Source: Candidatus Latescibacterota bacterium
GTDB lineage: Bacteria; Latescibacterota; UBA2968
Reading direction: 5' to 3'
Assembly: GCA_965198115.1 (NCBI GenBank)
Contig: OZ240241.1
Location: 7,936,001-8,000,000, forward strand
Length of the DNA: 64,000 nucleotides
The position numbers were made by a program, and so were the translations under genes. The notes beneath the pieces are model-generated. The model had not been told where the DNA came from and did not search any database. It saw nothing but the letters and a program-made list of their open reading frames with translations. Below are positions 10,762 to 21,620 of this stretch, one piece after another. How positions within the stretch are numbered: the stretch's first letter is position 1; the number at the start of each line of letters is the position of its first letter.

Positions 10762-11235
10762 TAAGGGTCTACGAGCAGTGTGAGGACTTTCTCGCTCTCG
10801 GACCCGTTCCCACGGCCTCGATCGAAATGATCCGCGACGACATCGACGAGGCCGTCGACCTGACCGGCGTCTTCTGTACCATTCGGAACAAACAGGATCC
10901 GGTTGGCGTACTCGCCTACATCCCACGGACGAAGGAACCCGGGATGAGCTATCTCATGCTGCTGATGATCGCCGCGCCCTGGCGGAACAGAGGCTACGGC
11001 TTAATCGCGACGTCAGCCTTGTGGGAGTATCTGAAGAACGATTTCGGAACAGTGCGGCTGAGGGGCGAGGTTCAGATCGATAACGAAGGGGCTATCCGGT
11101 TCTGGAAGGGATTCGGTTTTCACGTATCCACCGATCCGAGAAAACAGAAAGACGGCACCACTACCTACGCCATGTGCAAAGAGCACGATTAGGTTTTCAT
11201 CGGCTCTCTGACTTCCGACCTCCGACCTCTTCACC

Positions 11236-12450
11236 ATGTCTTCTGACTACAGAGTCCGTCATCTCGACTTCGACGAAGCCCGTGCTCAACTCGACCAGTT
11301 CGCGAGCGAGTTCGGGACGGCCGAAGAGTGGAGCGCACGAGCGGAACGCGTGCGACGCGGCATCCTGTGCGGGATGAAACTGGACCCACTGCCGGAGAAA
11401 TCGGACCTCGCCCCAATCATCCACAGCCGGAAGGAACTCGACGGTTACACCGTTGAGAATGTTGCTTTCGAGAGCTTCCCAGGTTTCTTCAGCACGGGCA
11501 ATCTCTACCGGCCGGCGAGCGAAGGCAGCCGCTATGCGGGCGTGCTCTGTCCGCACGGGCACTTCGCAAGCATCCCCGGCAGGCCGGGCGGCAGATTTCG
11601 CGACGACATGCAGCTTCGATGCGTTTCGCTCGCACGCATGGGTGCCGTCGTCTTTACGTATGACATGGTCGGGTGGGGCGATTCGGATCAACTGAAACAT
11701 TCCGCTCCCTACGTGCTGACGTTCCAGACCTGGAACAGCATTCGCGCTGTGGATTTCCTGACATCGCTTCACGAAGTAGACGAACAGCGCATCGGCGTGA
11801 CAGGCGCATCGGGCGGCGGCACGCAGTCCTTCCTTCTGACGGCCGTCGACGATCGCGTCAGCGTTTCGATCCCCGTCGTGATGGTCTCGGCCCATTTCTT
11901 CGGCGGATGCAACTGCGAGAGCGGCCTCCCCATCCACCACAGCGACAACCACACGACGAACAACGCCGACATCGCCGCCCTCGTAGCACCACGGCCCCAG
12001 CTCCTCATCTCCATCGTCGGGCGAACGGATCGCACGAAGACCGGAGCGCGCGAGGGTCCCAACGAACGAGGCCCAGCGCCTGCAAACGCGCGTCGCATGG
12101 ATCAGTCGTGCAATACGCCTGAAGTGGAGTTCCCATACCTGCAGCGGGTGTATGGCTTGCTCGGAGCTGAAGAAAACGTCGAAAATCTCCATCTGCCAAA
12201 GGAGAACCACGACTACGGACGTTCGAAACGCGAGGGGGCTTACGGGTTCTTCGCCAAACACCTGGGTCTGGATATGGAGGCGGTGCAGGGCGGTTCCGGA
12301 AACGTCGACGAGTCCCTCGTGAGCCTCCGGCCGGAAAGCGAACTCCGGGTATGGACGGCCGAGCACCCTCGCCCCGCGCACGCGTTGCAGGGCGCTGCCG
12401 CGGTTGAGGAGGCATTTTGGGGATTGGTGACGTTGACCGCCCGTGGGTGA
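11236..12450 (+). CDS. Alpha/beta hydrolase, acetylxylan esterase-like
   Basis: [16 protein letters not shown], nucleophile elbow [19 protein letters not shown]. Confidence 0.85.
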   Translation: MSSDYRVRHLDFDEARAQLDQFASEFGTAEEWSARAERVRRGILCGMKLDPLPEKSDLAPIIHSRKELDGYTVENVAFESFPGFFSTGNLYRPASEGSRYAGVLCPHGHFASIPGRPGGRFRDDMQLRCVSLARMGAVVFTYDMVGWGDSDQLKHSAPYVLTFQTWNSIRAVDFLTSLHEVDEQRIGVTGASGGGTQSFLLTAVDDRVSVSIPVVMVSAHFFGGCNCESGLPIHHSDNHTTNNADIAALVAPRPQLLISIVGRTDRTKTGAREGPNERGPAPANARRMDQSCNTPEVEFPYLQRVYGLLGAEENVENLHLPKENHDYGRSKREGAYGFFAKHLGLDMEAVQGGSGNVDESLVSLRPESELRVWTAEHPRPAHALQGAAAVEEAFWGLVTLTARG

Positions 12451-12462
12451 GTGGAGGCGTTG

Positions 12463-13350
12463 CTATGAGGACGAGCGGTTCTCTTCCCAGTTGAAAACCG
12501 GGTCGCTAACGCTGTAGGGCCAGCTGCTGCCACCATGATGATGGAAGTCTGCTTCGCGGCCGCATAACCACAGGAAAAGCTCGGCCACACGTGGCACGGA
12601 TTGCCATATGCGTGTCGCGGCGGAGAAGTAATCACTCTCGAACTTGTAGTCTGCCCGCGCCAGATCGAAACCTTCCTCCTGGATCCAGTCTCGCTGCGGC
12701 GGGACCGTCCGCCAACAATCCCACTTGAGCAGGTTACGCACATCTTCCGTCCGTTTTCGTGGTTGGCGGTGCCAGATCGAATAGGCGGTGAAGATCACGG
12801 AGCCGGCGGGCGATGTGGTCATAAGCTGTCCCGCAAGGTGACCGAAGTGCTCCAGCTCTTCACGCGCAATCGGCACCAGATGGGAACCGGGCAAGAACAG
12901 GGTGGGTCCCATCTCGGGTGTCGCATCCTGCGGAAAGTAGAAGATCTGCAGCATATTCAGGGTGCGTTCGAACCTGGAGCCGGCATCGATGTGCCACGGT
13001 CGCTCCGTTTTCGGTCCCTCCAACCGGTGGTTGGCCAGCCAGTCCGGTAACTGGAAACGTTCCCCCAGTAGGGAGCGGGTGACGCCGGCCACCTCCGGAT
13101 TGAGCAGCACCTCGCGGACGAAACGCTCCTCCGCCAGGAGGTCGTTTTGTGCGGCCGCACCTGGATCGTGCTCAACCTCCTTCTCCACGAATTCGAACAC
13201 CCATTCATTGGTCGAATCCGGAATGACCGCTTCCAGCTTCAGGATCCCTGTTTTACAGAACTCGAGAACCTCGCTGTCGTTCAGAGTCGGCTTGATTCCT
13301 TCGTCCGCCAACCGAGGGATCGATTTTTCCGGTCTCAGGAGTTGGCTCAC
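12463..13350 (-). CDS. Phytanoyl-CoA dioxygenase (PhyH) family protein
   Basis: WHID, MGPTLFLPGSH, AGSVIFTAYSIWH. The GTG start overlaps the upstream stop (GTGA). Confidence 0.88.
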   Translation of the reverse strand: MSQLLRPEKSIPRLADEGIKPTLNDSEVLEFCKTGILKLEAVIPDSTNEWVFEFVEKEVEHDPGAAAQNDLLAEERFVREVLLNPEVAGVTRSLLGERFQLPDWLANHRLEGPKTERPWHIDAGSRFERTLNMLQIFYFPQDATPEMGPTLFLPGSHLVPIAREELEHFGHLAGQLMTTSPAGSVIFTAYSIWHRQPRKRTEDVRNLLKWDCWRTVPPQRDWIQEEGFDLARADYKFESDYFSAATRIWQSVPRVAELFLWLCGREADFHHHGGSSWPYSVSDPVFNWEENRSSS

Positions 13351-13709
13351 GACACACCGAACCTTTCCAGGATGAATTCGCAGATCACGTGGTTGTCCTG
13401 CGAATGTGCCGCAGGCACGTCCGCGGGGAAACGTATCACGCGCCACCCGTCGGATACCGCCTCTGCGACAGTTTTGTAGGGCCAGCTCTCGTAATCGACC
13501 GGGCCGTCGTCGATTTTGCCGTCCCGCAGCATGGTCATTCCGATCACCTTGGATTCGAGGGAGGTTGTTGCGGTCTGCAGATAGAGCAGATCCTGAGTGC
13601 GGCTGGCTTGCTGCAGTCTGTCACCGATGGCGCGTAGCTGCGTCTCTGTCAAGGTTCCATTCCGGAACGCGGAAATACAGGTTTCCACCAGGTCGACGAC
13701 GTTTGCCAT
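13347..13709 (-). CDS. Hypothetical protein translationally coupled to the PhyH gene
   Basis: 120-aa ORF, QDLLYL...WPYKTVAEAVSDGWRVIRFP...EFILER; 4-nt overlap with the PhyH gene. Confidence 0.75.
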   Translation of the reverse strand: MANVVDLVETCISAFRNGTLTETQLRAIGDRLQQASRTQDLLYLQTATTSLESKVIGMTMLRDGKIDDGPVDYESWPYKTVAEAVSDGWRVIRFPADVPAAHSQDNHVICEFILERFGVS

Positions 13710-13916
13710 GTCCGGTCTGTGATTAGGAATCGGAGGTTCTGGATCTCAGCGGGTGCTGGTATGAGGTTGCCGATTTCGGTGTCGCGGAGTATACCGTTTG
13801 GTTCGTTTGCCGGCAAACCGCTTCGTCGATCGATCGGCCTGAACGCGAACCAGGCTACAGAAAAGTGGTGGACCCGGCTCTGGCATGCATCGGCGATGGA
13901 GTAGAGTCTCGAATCG

Positions 13917-14972
13917 TTATTCCAGCGCCTCCCTGTGCGGCAGCGGCACTTCGATCGTGCACATCAGCGACAGGACCACTACCAGCAGGGCGTACTGCAC
14001 GAGGGCTTTGCGGTCTTCTTCGTCGGGAGCCTCCTTGCTAAGGAGGCGCAGGAGCGCCGTGATCAACAGCAGCACCAAAAGCCCCTCGGCCGTGTAGAAC
14101 CACATCAGACCGACGACGCCCGCGGCCATCCACCGGTGTCTGGACGTCAGCGCGCGGAAAGCACGGCCGCCGTCGAGCGGGGGGATCGGCAGCAGATTGA
14201 AGAGGTTGATCCAGGCGCCTACGCGGGAGATGCCGGCCCAGCTGGCCCAGCCTGTCGACAGAAAGACCCCGTACGCTGCCAGCGCCGCGCCCAGGCCCCA
14301 GATGGGGCCGGCCAGTCCGATCCGGGCGTTCTCGATCGCGTTGGCCGGATGCTGCTTCATACGCACGAGCGCTCCCAGGCCCGGAATGAAGGTGGGTGCG
14401 GAAGCGCGTATGCCAAAGCGCCTGAGCGCGGCCACGTGTCCCATCTCGTGCACGTAGATGGACAGCACCAGGCCGAGGGCGAATCTCCATCCCCACAGAC
14501 TCCAGTAAAGTCCCATCGAAAGCATCATGGAAAAGAGCGTGCTTGCCTTGGTCAGGCCCAAGAGCAGCAGTTTGCCCTTGGTCAGGACAAAGCCGAGGAT
14601 GAACTTGAACTTCCACAGCATTAGCCCCGCGGTCCCCAGGCCGATGGCGCCGCGCAGCCAGGATGGGCGGGCTGATTTTTCGAGCGTTTCGTCCTGGCCG
14701 GAGTGGGTATCGGCCTCTCTACTGAGTGCGTCGACTTTGCCGGCGACTACGTCGTGCTGCCGCGTGTCCGCCGGTAGGAGTTCGAGGGCCCGGCGCCACG
14801 TGCTGAGCGCCCCGAGCAGGTCTCCCGTGTCCTTGGCTCGCCGGGCGCGCTCGGAGAGCTCCTTGAGGGTGTCGGCGTGCAGGAGTTGACGGCAGCCGGG
14901 ACAGCTCAGCAGACCCGGTGCTATCGTCGTGCCGCAGGCGGTGCAGACTGACGGTGGCTTCGTCTCAACCAT
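13917..14972 (-). CDS. Site-2 protease (M50) with N-terminal zinc ribbon
   Basis: HEMGH, IGLAGP, NLFNLLPIPPLDGGR; N-terminal CTAC..CPGC. Confidence 0.9.
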   Translation of the reverse strand: MVETKPPSVCTACGTTIAPGLLSCPGCRQLLHADTLKELSERARRAKDTGDLLGALSTWRRALELLPADTRQHDVVAGKVDALSREADTHSGQDETLEKSARPSWLRGAIGLGTAGLMLWKFKFILGFVLTKGKLLLLGLTKASTLFSMMLSMGLYWSLWGWRFALGLVLSIYVHEMGHVAALRRFGIRASAPTFIPGLGALVRMKQHPANAIENARIGLAGPIWGLGAALAAYGVFLSTGWASWAGISRVGAWINLFNLLPIPPLDGGRAFRALTSRHRWMAAGVVGLMWFYTAEGLLVLLLITALLRLLSKEAPDEEDRKALVQYALLVVVLSLMCTIEVPLPHREALE

Positions 14973-15765
14973 CGGTGCCGGATTTCAGCGCGTAGGGCCC
15001 GCTGATCGTCACTTCGTTGCGCTTGTTGAGCTTCCAGGCCTCGTACAGACCGATCCCGATGATGATGAGACCCAAGATGTTGTCGAAGCTCATCAAGAAA
15101 GGTGCTGCGCAGGCTACCGCCATTATGATGATCACACCGACGACGAATCCGAGGAAACCAGTCAGCTCTTCCGTGTCTTCTCCGTCTCCGATACCCTCCT
15201 GTTCGGTTCCCGTCTGTTGCCGTTGCTCGGCGCCGACCTCGCCAGTCTCTTCGACGGTTCCATCGTCGCGCACGGAAGGAGCCTCGCTGGGGATCGGATC
15301 CAAGCCGGACAGCTCCTCGACGATGGAGGGAATGTAGGTGGCAACTATCGAGAAGTATGTTAGTGTCACCGCCAGTCCCTGATACACCCAGCCCCCGCGT
15401 CGGTGCGCTCCGGCACGCACCGCAGCACCCACCATCAACCCGATGATGATGGCCACCAATCCAAACTCGTAGCCCGTTACAGCGGCAATGGCGTAGTAGA
15501 CGCCCGTTCCCAGTCCAGCGGCCGGCAGGCCGTAGGCGGTCGCGCGCAAGAATCGCCCGGCCCCAGACCCGGCAGTCAGGTCATCGTCCAGCTGGTCCTT
15601 GCAGGCGGTGCACAACGCCATACCACCCGCTTCGTAGTACTGGTCTTCGATGCTGTTGCCGCAAGAATCACAGTTTGTCTCCTTCTGCTCCTCCGCATCG
15701 GTGGATTCGGCCCTGTCGAATTGTAAATCCTCCACGTCGCGCGAGGGGGTATCTCCATTTTCCAT
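14965..15765 (-). CDS. Membrane protein with N-terminal Cys4 zinc finger
   Basis: CDSC..CTAC followed by about 5 TM helices; 8-nt overlap with the M50 gene; RBS upstream. Confidence 0.8.
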   Translation of the reverse strand: MENGDTPSRDVEDLQFDRAESTDAEEQKETNCDSCGNSIEDQYYEAGGMALCTACKDQLDDDLTAGSGAGRFLRATAYGLPAAGLGTGVYYAIAAVTGYEFGLVAIIIGLMVGAAVRAGAHRRGGWVYQGLAVTLTYFSIVATYIPSIVEELSGLDPIPSEAPSVRDDGTVEETGEVGAEQRQQTGTEQEGIGDGEDTEELTGFLGFVVGVIIIMAVACAAPFLMSFDNILGLIIIGIGLYEAWKLNKRNEVTISGPYALKSGTDG

Positions 15766-16216
15766 TGTGTGGCTCCTTCCTCCCGTGCCGCTCGCCAGGC
15801 AGATCTATCGCCATAGCCGTGGCGATCGATGGTGATCTGCCCATCCTCTTCGAGCTTTCGCACGCACGATTCGTGGCTGTGCACCTTCGGTGTCCGAATC
15901 GAGACGCCCGAGCCTACATCCGTTCGGACAATCTCGACCTCGTGGATAGCAAGAATAATCGGGGTCCTCCTTGCGCACAAGGGAAGCGGGTCCGGGTCTG
16001 GTTAGCTCTGATGCGGTTGGAGGGGTTGGCAGTGGGTTTGCCTTGAGTCTTATGCGTCGATACCATTGTCGACGCGCGAAATATGTAGCAAGAGCCTGGA
16101 AACGAGCCCGGTTGGAAACACATCTTTCCAAGTGACCGGACATCTCCAGGCTACGCACAGTCCTCACGCCAGTCCGAATCGGACGGCAATCTCGTTGACG
16201 CAAAGAGGAGAACCCA

Positions 16217-17767
16217 ATGGCGGACCCCGACGCTGCCGTATCCACCAACACGAAGCTTTTCTGGGGCTCTTTCATCGCCCTGATCGCCACCGCTTTCGCG
16301 TTCATGTTGCGTGTGCAGCTCATGGGGACGTGGGAGCAGGAGTTTTCCCTGACCAAGACCCAGGCCGGCACCATCTTCGGCGCCGGGTTCTGGCCCTTCG
16401 GTGTGAGCATCGTGCTGTTTTCGATGGTGTTGGACCGCGTTGGCTATCGCAAAGCCATGGTCTTCGCCTTTGGTTGCCACGTTCTATTCGCGGTGATGAC
16501 CATCTTCGCCAACGGCTATTGGATGCTCTACTGGGGCAGCGTCATCGGCGCTCTCGCGGCTGGGACGGTGGAGGCGGTGATCAACCCTCTCATCGCCACC
16601 ATCTACAGGGAGAACAAGACCACCTGGCTGAACATCCTCCACGCAGGATGGCCCGGGGGATTGGTCGTCACGGGTGTCGTGGTGATCTTCATGTCGGGTA
16701 GCGTTCCGTGGGAGTATCAGATCGGCCTGATCCTGATTCCCACGGTGATCTATGGATTCATGATGCTGACCTCCCACTTTCCTGTCAGCGAGCGCGTGGC
16801 CGCGGGTGTTTCCTACAGAGAAATGCTGGCGGAGATGGGTTGGGGAGGCGCGTTCATCGTTGCACTGATGATCGCCATGGAGTTGACTGCCAATGTCCTG
16901 GGGATCGAGGCGCTGAAGAACATTTATGCCCAGGTCGTCATCGCCGGCGTGTTGGCAGGGGTCTTTGGCAGCTACGCACGTTCTTTCGGACAACCGATGT
17001 TCGTCTTCCTGCTTCTGGTGATGCTGCTCCTGGCCACCACCGAACTGGGTACCGACTCCTGGGTTAAGGACCTCTTGGGTCCCAGCATGAAAAGCGCCTT
17101 CAGCAGCATCGACGAACCGTCACGCTGGGTGCTTGTCTACACCGCCGCCATTATGATGGTGCTCCGATTCGTCTGTAGTCCGATCATCGAACGACTGAAG
17201 CCATTGGGCGTGCTGGCAGCCAGCTCTTTGACCGTGGCCGTGGGCATCTACTGGCTTGCCGAACTCGGCCTCGACCCCGGTGCCGGCGCCGTCATCATCA
17301 TCATCGCCTGTACGGTGTATGGCGTGGGTCAGACGTTCTTCTGGCCCACGACGCTTGGTCTGGTCTCCGAACGGTTCCCCAGGGGAGGCGCCATCACGCT
17401 CAACGTCATCGCTGGGGTGGGCATGCTCGGTGTGGGGGTCGTGGGGAATCCCTGGTTGGGAAACGTGCAGGACACAGAAGTGACATCGGCCTTGAAGGAA
17501 AAGGGCACCGAACTTCACGCGAAATTCGTAACCGAACCCAAACAGAGCCTATTTGGCGAATACGTGGCCGTCGATGTAGGCAAAAAGGCCAACGCCAACC
17601 CGGAAGAGCTGGAACAGATCAACGCGGCCGAGGTCGAAGGCAAGATGGCCGCACTGAAAGTCGTGGTGATTCTCCCGCTCTTGATGATGATTTCCTACCT
17701 CGGACTGATGGCATACTTCAGGAGCAAGGGAGGATACAAACCGATCGTGTTGCAGTCATCGGAGTGA
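16217..17767 (+). CDS. MFS transporter
   Basis: AGGAG RBS; 12+ TM helices; LDRVGYRK, EAVINPLIAT and FFWPTTLG motifs. Confidence 0.88.
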   Translation: MADPDAAVSTNTKLFWGSFIALIATAFAFMLRVQLMGTWEQEFSLTKTQAGTIFGAGFWPFGVSIVLFSMVLDRVGYRKAMVFAFGCHVLFAVMTIFANGYWMLYWGSVIGALAAGTVEAVINPLIATIYRENKTTWLNILHAGWPGGLVVTGVVVIFMSGSVPWEYQIGLILIPTVIYGFMMLTSHFPVSERVAAGVSYREMLAEMGWGGAFIVALMIAMELTANVLGIEALKNIYAQVVIAGVLAGVFGSYARSFGQPMFVFLLLVMLLLATTELGTDSWVKDLLGPSMKSAFSSIDEPSRWVLVYTAAIMMVLRFVCSPIIERLKPLGVLAASSLTVAVGIYWLAELGLDPGAGAVIIIIACTVYGVGQTFFWPTTLGLVSERFPRGGAITLNVIAGVGMLGVGVVGNPWLGNVQDTEVTSALKEKGTELHAKFVTEPKQSLFGEYVAVDVGKKANANPEELEQINAAEVEGKMAALKVVVILPLLMMISYLGLMAYFRSKGGYKPIVLQSSE

Positions 17768-17776
17768 CACGAGCAA

Positions 17777-18562
17777 GTGGCCGATCTCCTCTTCTCGGAC
17801 CCCGATCTCGCGGCGCTGTATGACGCGTTCTGCGAAGGCAGGCCTGATTTCGCCTTCTACCTCCCGCTGGTCATGTCAGCTGAGTCTGTGTTGGATGTCG
17901 GCTGTGGGACAGGTGCGCTCTTACGCATGGCTCGAGAGTCCGGGCACACGGGTCGGCTGTGTGGATTGGACCCAGCTGCCGGGATGCTCGAGCAGGCTCG
18001 CACTCGGGCGGACATTGACTGGATCCAGGACGATCTGACGTCGGTCACCTGGAATCGTGAGTTCGATCTGATCGTCATGACGGGTCACGCCTTTCAGGTG
18101 TTCCTCGATGACGAAGAACTGTGCGTCGCTTTGGTGGCGATCGGATCATCTCTGACCGACCTCGGTCGCTTCGTCTTTGAAACACGCAACCCGCTTGCTC
18201 GCGGCTGGGAAGAGTGGAAGCCTGATAACGCGGTCGAGATTGTGGACGAAACAGGCGATCGGGTTCGCATGACGCACGAAGTGATTGCGCAACAAGGCGA
18301 TCTTGTTTCCTTCACCGCCACATTCAGCAGTCCTGCCTGGGATGTGCCACGTGTTAGTCGAAGTACTCTCAGATTCCTGGGTGCAGACCCGCTGTCTCTC
18401 TTCCTGACCGACGCGGGCTTGACCATCGAGGAGCAATTTGGCGATTGGGACCGACAGCCTTTCACTGATTCCAGCCCCGAGATCATCACCGTCGCACGCT
18501 GCGGTGGAGAACGGCGAGCACCGGTTCTCGTCGGTAGACACAACGTAAGGGGAATCACTTGA
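17777..18562 (+). CDS. Class I SAM-dependent methyltransferase
   Basis: VLDVGCGTG motif I; FDLIVMTGHAFQ. Confidence 0.9.
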   Translation: MADLLFSDPDLAALYDAFCEGRPDFAFYLPLVMSAESVLDVGCGTGALLRMARESGHTGRLCGLDPAAGMLEQARTRADIDWIQDDLTSVTWNREFDLIVMTGHAFQVFLDDEELCVALVAIGSSLTDLGRFVFETRNPLARGWEEWKPDNAVEIVDETGDRVRMTHEVIAQQGDLVSFTATFSSPAWDVPRVSRSTLRFLGADPLSLFLTDAGLTIEEQFGDWDRQPFTDSSPEIITVARCGGERRAPVLVGRHNVRGIT

Positions 18563-18969
18563 AAGTTTCAGGTTTGCGCAGATCGAGGGAAGTCTTTAAT
18601 GGCATCGTTTACGTCGGACGGATGTTCGACAAGATCCGGCTGGACGCTGCAGGGAAACTTCCCGATGGATACAACTTGGGGATCGGTTGGGACGACAGGT
18701 GCTGCGAATTCCTGGGTATAGACTACGAGCAGATAAGACAGCAGGTCTTGAAAGCCCAGAACGACGAAGAAGTCCTGCGATGGTGTTGCACCACCGGAGG
18801 CCCGACCGATCGTGAGATCGAGATGTGGAATGCGTTTGTCCTGAAACAGGGCTGGAAAGACGATTCAACCGAGAGGCTGGAAGAGGCGAAAGCCGATCTT
18901 GGATTCGGGGAGCGCTCCGACGTCGTGACGTGGGCTGACCTACACGATGCCGACGAGGAATGGATATAG
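18559..18969 (+). CDS. DUF5069-like protein
   Basis: GIVYVGRMFDKIRL..GKLPDGY..DDRCCEFLGIDY..DEEVLRW..IEMWN pattern; TTGA overlap with the previous gene. Confidence 0.75.
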   Translation: MKVSGLRRSREVFNGIVYVGRMFDKIRLDAAGKLPDGYNLGIGWDDRCCEFLGIDYEQIRQQVLKAQNDEEVLRWCCTTGGPTDREIEMWNAFVLKQGWKDDSTERLEEAKADLGFGERSDVVTWADLHDADEEWI

Positions 18970-19187
18970 GTTCATCGATGAGGTATTAGGAATGAGAACA
19001 GAACTCACGCAGGAAGAGATCGCATCCTATCGCGAGAACGGGTTCGTGGTCATCCACGATTTCCTCACAGACAGCGAACTCAAGGAATGGCGCGAGTCTG
19101 TCGGAGAGGCGGTAGAGAATCGCGGTGAAGCGCGTCTGCCGGGTGAAGAGGGCAAGGCGTTCCAGGATCTGATTCAGCTGTTTTTAA

Positions 19188-20607
19188 GGCTATATCCGGA
19201 TCTCTCAACGAGCTGAAGTGGGTGAAGGTGCCGTGGTTCCTGGCATGGGGGCGCGGTTAGCGTGTGCGGAACCTCTTCGGAATCTGCTCAGGGATGTTTA
19301 TGTCTCCGACGGTAAGGAAGATCATATCGTTGAATGCGTCGAGTGTGCGGAATCCGCTGGCTCGGTTCTTGACGATTTGGACGATTCGGTTGAGGCCTTC
19401 GGCGATGGCGTTGGTAAGACGCGTGTTCACGAATGCGAGGACGCCGAAGAAGTGCTGTCGCAGGGTCCTGACGAACTTTCGCAGGGGTTCACGTCGACTT
19501 CTGAGTGCGGACGTCGTCCAGCATTTCAGGAAGCGTTCGGCAGCCCAGGGCGCTTTGTATTCCCAGAACTGCTCGAACTCGTCCTTGAGTCTCCAGGCTC
19601 TATAGATTCGGTAGTTCGCCTTCTCCAGTGCTTTGAGTGTCCGAGTATCCCCTCTGGAGCGTGTCGCTGAGTGCCGGTAGAGGAGCCATCGGAGGCCCTT
19701 CATGGCTTTGCGCTCATCCGGGGCAGCTTTACGCCACTGGTCCTTACGGACCTCGTCAACGGCGGCATTGAGAGCCTTGACGATGTGAAAGCGATCGAGG
19801 ACCAGCTTGGCATTCGGACAGTGTTCCTGGATGGCTCCGATGTAAGCTTCGCTCATGTCGCAGCAGGCCCACTCGATCTTGGATCTCCGGTAGGGACTGA
19901 GAGCCTCTGTGAAGAACCGATCGATCGTTTTACGCGCCCTGCCGCGGCCAACCCACACCACGCAGGAGCGGTCCAGATCGTAAACGAGCGTGGCGTACCT
20001 GTGACGCTTGGCGTAGGAGATCTCGTCGATCCCGATGGTTTTGAGCCCTCGGATACGATGACCTTCACGAAGCCGCGTGATGGATCGGTGAAGGAGATCC
20101 GACAGCGTCGAGGCAGAGATGCGCAGTAACTCGGACGCCGCCTTCTGCGTCATGGTCTGGCAGTAGCGCAGCATGGCATACTCGAAGCGATACGTCACCC
20201 GAGAGAACCGCTCCGCCCACGGAATCTCCTCGACCACACGACCGTGGGTAGGACACCGAATCTCCCGAGGATGGTAGAGAAGCCAGACCCTCCACCCGCA
20301 CACCGGAATGTCACGCCACCGACGCGGATGGGGCATTGTGCGGACGATTTTACCTCGACGGCCGCACTCCGGACAACAACAACCATTCTTATGTGGCTTT
20401 ACGGCGATGACGAAACAGCTTCTCCCCTCAAACCACCAGCTGACAACACGGAACCCCTTGAATCTCAGCAGTTTCGATAGTAATCTGCTCCCGGTCATAG
20501 GTCGCACCCCCTTCGCTTTGATTGTCCTACACACACAACCAAGCGTAGGGAACGATCTATGACCTTGTCATTCTATAGTTTCACCGTTGAGAAACCCGGA
20601 TAGAGCC
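19188..20607 (-). mobile_element. ISL3 family IS, copy 1 (1420 bp)
   Basis: TIRs GGCTATATCCGGATCTCTCAACG / GGCTCTATCCGGGTTTCTCAACG; 8-bp TSD GTTTTTAA (19180-19187, 20608-20615). Confidence 0.96.
19257..20498 (-). CDS. ISL3 transposase (intact)
   Basis: CPECG zinc finger, IGIDE, CCDMS, LDRFHIV and TNAIAEGLN motifs; start set at MTGSRLL. Confidence 0.95.
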   Translation of the reverse strand: MTGSRLLSKLLRFKGFRVVSWWFEGRSCFVIAVKPHKNGCCCPECGRRGKIVRTMPHPRRWRDIPVCGWRVWLLYHPREIRCPTHGRVVEEIPWAERFSRVTYRFEYAMLRYCQTMTQKAASELLRISASTLSDLLHRSITRLREGHRIRGLKTIGIDEISYAKRHRYATLVYDLDRSCVVWVGRGRARKTIDRFFTEALSPYRRSKIEWACCDMSEAYIGAIQEHCPNAKLVLDRFHIVKALNAAVDEVRKDQWRKAAPDERKAMKGLRWLLYRHSATRSRGDTRTLKALEKANYRIYRAWRLKDEFEQFWEYKAPWAAERFLKCWTTSALRSRREPLRKFVRTLRQHFFGVLAFVNTRLTNAIAEGLNRIVQIVKNRASGFRTLDAFNDMIFLTVGDINIPEQIPKRFRTR

Positions 20608-21620
20608 GTTTTTAAACAGCGGATTCAACTCTGGATGGACAATGAGAAGGTCCGGAAGCTCATGCTGGACGAGCGAATCGGGAAGATGGCAGCGGATCTC
20701 GAGGGCATCGATGGGATCCGGGTCTGGCACGACCAGACGCTGATCAAGACGCCGTGGGGGAACCCGACTTCGTGGCACCAGGACAACCCGAAGTGGTCAT
20801 TCACGTCTGACCACGCGATTTCTATCTGGATCGCGCTGGACGATGCGACGACCCACAACGGTTGTCTGTATTTTCTTCCCGGGTCTCAGCACGATCGATA
20901 CGAGGATGTAGGGACGAGCCGGCCGATGGCGGACATCTTCAAGGAGAACCCGGTGTTGCAGGAGGTCGACCCGGTGCCCGCTCCCATGAGAGCCGGCGCT
21001 TGTTCCTTCCATAATGGTCTGACCGTGCACGGAGCCGGTGCAAACATGACACGAGGATATCGGCGGGCGATGACGTGCGCGTTCATGCCCGATGGCTCGA
21101 CCTACAACGGGACGAAGAACGTCTTCCCGCAGGTGTACGCTGACTCGCTGACCGTCGGCGACGTGATCGACAATGATGACCTGGTTCCTCTGCTTTACCG
21201 CAAAGCAAGCTGATAGAGAAGGTCTGAAAGAGTCGGAGAAGCGGCGATAGAGGACAGAATGAAGGATGGAGTCCTGGCTGGCACGTGTCTGGAGCTTTTA
21301 TGACAACACCACGACTGAAAGTAGATCCGCTCCCCGAAGTGACATTCGGAGCGGTCATCACGGGTGTCGACTTGTCGAGCCTGGACGACGCGACGTGGGC
21401 CGACATCGAAAGCGCTTTCTACCAACACGGTCTTACGATCTTCCCGGAGCAACACTTCGACGCCGAAGCCTTACCCATTTTCGCAAAGCGCTTCGGCTCA
21501 CTCCGGGGTGGTGGGGCAAAGGGCGCCGATCGCGCACACAGCATCTCGAACAAGCACAAGGAGCGAAAGACCACACTCACTGAACGGGATCCGACGTGGC
21601 TCACCTCGAGCTATCCGACC

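Larger units (their letters stand above)
9434..11192 (+). pseudogene. GNAT N-acetyltransferase interrupted by IS630
   Basis: Removing the IS rejoins MNFHFDELSIAPVTEEEMDELL-RVYEQCEDFLALGP in frame; WRNRGYG acetyl-CoA motif, NEGAIRFWKGFGF. Confidence 0.85.
18992..21213 (+). pseudogene. PhyH family dioxygenase interrupted by ISL3 copy 1
   Basis: N-part MRTELTQEEIASYRENGF..QLF; C-part FKQRIQLW..WHQD..GCLYFLPGS..FHNGLTVHGA; rejoins across the target duplication. Confidence 0.9.

Noticed and set aside
15770-16200. Short ORFs between divergent genes, including a KLEEDGQITIDRHG segment resembling an HTH end
   Set aside because: No clear start/RBS or family motif; may be a gene remnant but cannot be supported.
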